The notes under the pieces: generated by a model
The model's input: only the letters and a program-made list of their open reading frames with translations
What the model was told of the DNA's origin: nothing
Database searches by the model: none
Shown: piece by piece, positions 23,040 to 24,916 of the stretch
Layout of the letters: every line of letters begins with the position of its first letter
Position numbering within the stretch: the first letter of the stretch is position 1
Translations under genes and position numbers: made by a program
Assembly: GCA_030605915.1 (NCBI GenBank)
Contig: JAUWHM010000129.1
Span: 1-24,916, forward strand
Source of the DNA: Nitrospirota bacterium
GTDB taxonomy: Bacteria > NPL-UPA2 > JAGMAN01
Direction of reading: 5' to 3'
Length of the DNA stretch: 24,916 bases

Positions 23040-24916
23040 GAAATGAATCCAGGGAGATATTAGTAGCGGTAGCTGGTCAGCCTAATTCAGGCAAATCAAC
23101 TATCTTTAATCTCCTCACTGGAGCCAGACAGCATGTAGCCAACTATCCTGGTATAACCGTAGAGAAGAAGACCGGAACTTACAATTTTAAAGGGGATAAA
23201 ACAATACTGGTTGACCTTCCTGGAAGTTACAGCCTTACTTCCTATACCTTGGAGGAGCGGATAGCCAGGGATTTTGTGCTGCATGAGAAACCGGATGTGA
23301 TGGTGGATATCATAGATACCTCCAATTTAGAGCGAAGCCTTTATTTAGCCTTTCAATTAGCTGAGATGGGTGTCCCTCTGGTTCTTGACCTGAATATGAT
23401 GGATGTAGCAAAAAGGCGTGGTTTTGAGATTGACTTAGAGGAACTCTCCCGGCAGACGGGAGCTTCAGTAGTTGGGACAGTAGGCTCAAGAGGTAAAGGA
23501 AAGAAGGAGCTTCGCCAGACCATACATGACGCCCACAAGAATAGAGAGAAGCGGACGCCTATTCACCTCAATTATGGGGAAAGATTGGAGCCCGTTTTGT
23601 CCCGCTTAGAGAGAGAATTATCAAAAGACCCACGGCTTACAGAACGTTATCTTGGTCGCTGGCTGGCGGTGAAACTGATGGAGAATGACAGTGAGGCGCA
23701 GAGAATAGTCAAAAAACATTCCAGGAATGCAGAAGCCATCCTGGATACTGTTGCCCGGGAGAGAAAGGATTTTATTTCCCAATATCAGATTACTCCAGAA
23801 AAGCTCATTGCCCAGAGCCGTTATCAGACTGCCGAGGAGATTGTCCAACGTTGTGTCAGGCGGACAAAAGAAACATGGCGCACCTTGACTGATAAGGTTG
23901 ACCAGGTTCTTTGTAACCGATTTGCAGGCCCGCTCATTCTGTTGGGAACTATCTATGCTTTGTATAACCTCTCTATTGTTCAGGGCTACAGAATTACTAA
24001 CTATACCTGGCCTCTTCTTGCCGCCTTTCAAAAATTCGCTGTCAAAATGCTTCCTTCAGGAGGATTTATCTTTGACCCGTTGTTGCGTGCTATGCCTTTA
24101 GGTGTCATCAGTGGAATTGTAGCAGTATTGAATTATGTGCCCATATTTATAATCTTATTTATCCTGATAGCGGTTATGGAAGATACTGGCTATATGGTCC
24201 GTATGGCATTTATTCTTGATAGAATTTTCAGATACTTTGGTCTTCATGGCCAATCGGTCTTGCCTCTGGTGCTGAGTGGAGTATATGTAGGAGGATGTGC
24301 AATACCCGGGGTTATGGCCTGCCGTGCCATAAAAGATGAGAAAGCCCGTCTGGCAACGATTATGGTAGTTCCCCTTATGAACTGCTTAGCCAAGATTCCC
24401 TTGTATGTACTTCTTATCGGTTTATTCTTTGCCGCCTATAAGGGTCTCATTATGTTCTTTATCGCTACCATTACCATTATCATTGCCTTAGGGGTAGCCA
24501 AGGCCCTGAGCCTCACCGTGCTTAGAAGAAAAGAATCGGCTCCCTTTGTATTAGAGATGCCTCCTTATCACCTGCCGACAATCTCAGGTGTCCTGCGTCG
24601 GGCGCTGGAGCGAATATGGCTCTTTGTTAAAAAAATTATAACGGTAGTTTTTTTAGTGATGGTCCTCGTTTATTTCCTCATCAACTTCCCTGGATTAAGC
24701 AAGGAAAGAAAAGCTCACTATAATAATCAGGCTGAAAAGGCAACCCAGACATTCTCTAAGAAAATAGGGAAAGATAACCGCTACGCAGAGATTTTAGCTG
24801 GAGATAAATTAATGGAGTTTGCAAGTTATTTTGCTGATTATAAAAGTTCCAAAATGGGGGCTAAAGGAGAAGAGGCGGAAAAAGCCATTGACCAAAAATT
24901 CAGGGAAAGAAATTTT
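23036..24916 (+). CDS. feoB: Ferrous iron transporter FeoB (copy 2, 3' partial; not in ORF track)
   Basis: Hand translation is open to the window end (627 codons): GQPNSGKST, NYPGITVE, DLPG, NMMD, GGCAIPGVMACR, MNCLAKIP, PFVLEMPPY. ATGA overlap with feoA. Confidence 0.95.
   Translation, partial: MRNESREILVAVAGQPNSGKSTIFNLLTGARQHVANYPGITVEKKTGTYNFKGDKTILVDLPGSYSLTSYTLEERIARDFVLHEKPDVMVDIIDTSNLERSLYLAFQLAEMGVPLVLDLNMMDVAKRRGFEIDLEELSRQTGASVVGTVGSRGKGKKELRQTIHDAHKNREKRTPIHLNYGERLEPVLSRLERELSKDPRLTERYLGRWLAVKLMENDSEAQRIVKKHSRNAEAILDTVARERKDFISQYQITPEKLIAQSRYQTAEEIVQRCVRRTKETWRTLTDKVDQVLCNRFAGPLILLGTIYALYNLSIVQGYRITNYTWPLLAAFQKFAVKMLPSGGFIFDPLLRAMPLGVISGIVAVLNYVPIFIILFILIAVMEDTGYMVRMAFILDRIFRYFGLHGQSVLPLVLSGVYVGGCAIPGVMACRAIKDEKARLATIMVVPLMNCLAKIPLYVLLIGLFFAAYKGLIMFFIATITIIIALGVAKALSLTVLRRKESAPFVLEMPPYHLPTISGVLRRALERIWLFVKKIITVVFLVMVLVYFLINFPGLSKERKAHYNNQAEKATQTFSKKIGKDNRYAEILAGDKLMEFASYFADYKSSKMGAKGEEAEKAIDQKFRERNF

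Noticed and set aside
313-24101. Minus-strand and alternate-frame ORFs in the track (e.g. 313-579, 5032-5445, 9792-10157, 15458-15889, 23621-24031)
   Set aside because: They lie over well-supported + strand genes and show no family motifs or RBS; treated as shadows.
22558-24916. Magnetosome-island feoAB
   Set aside because: No mam/mad genes in the window; cannot be supported without phylogeny.

Overview
A metal-acquisition region from a diderm bacterium (TonB system, porin, LPS heptose epimerase), all on the + strand, in three blocks. (1) 1-16570 is nickel-linked. It holds the 3' part of nikR, a short Cys-free HypA-like gene coupled to an rfaD/hldD-like epimerase, and then a long, tightly coupled run: TonB-dependent receptor, ABC-2 exporter pair, BtuF/FecB-type binding protein with FecCD permease and ATPase, CobN-like chelatase large subunit, ChlI/ChlD-type AAA+/vWA subunit, and ExbB-ExbD-TonB. 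Two near-identical 27-bp GTA...TAC pseudo-palindromes (candidate NikR operators) precede hypA and the receptor, and no cobalamin riboswitch is recognisable. (2) 16571-17436 is a PIN toxin plus an unannotated 56-aa partner, bracketed by a 42-bp duplication of the tonB 3' end. (3) 17637-24916 is an iron block: DtxR-FeoA fusion, feoA, feoB1, an OprB-like porin, two more feoA genes and a divergent feoB2 (truncated by the window), with two TTAGG-N4-CCTAA operators. Several REP-like palindromes and short tandem repeats lie inside coding sequences without breaking frame. The best candidate for an undescribed system is a NikR-controlled tetrapyrrole or metallophore uptake plus (de)chelatase operon. 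All calls come from motif reading only; no searches were run.
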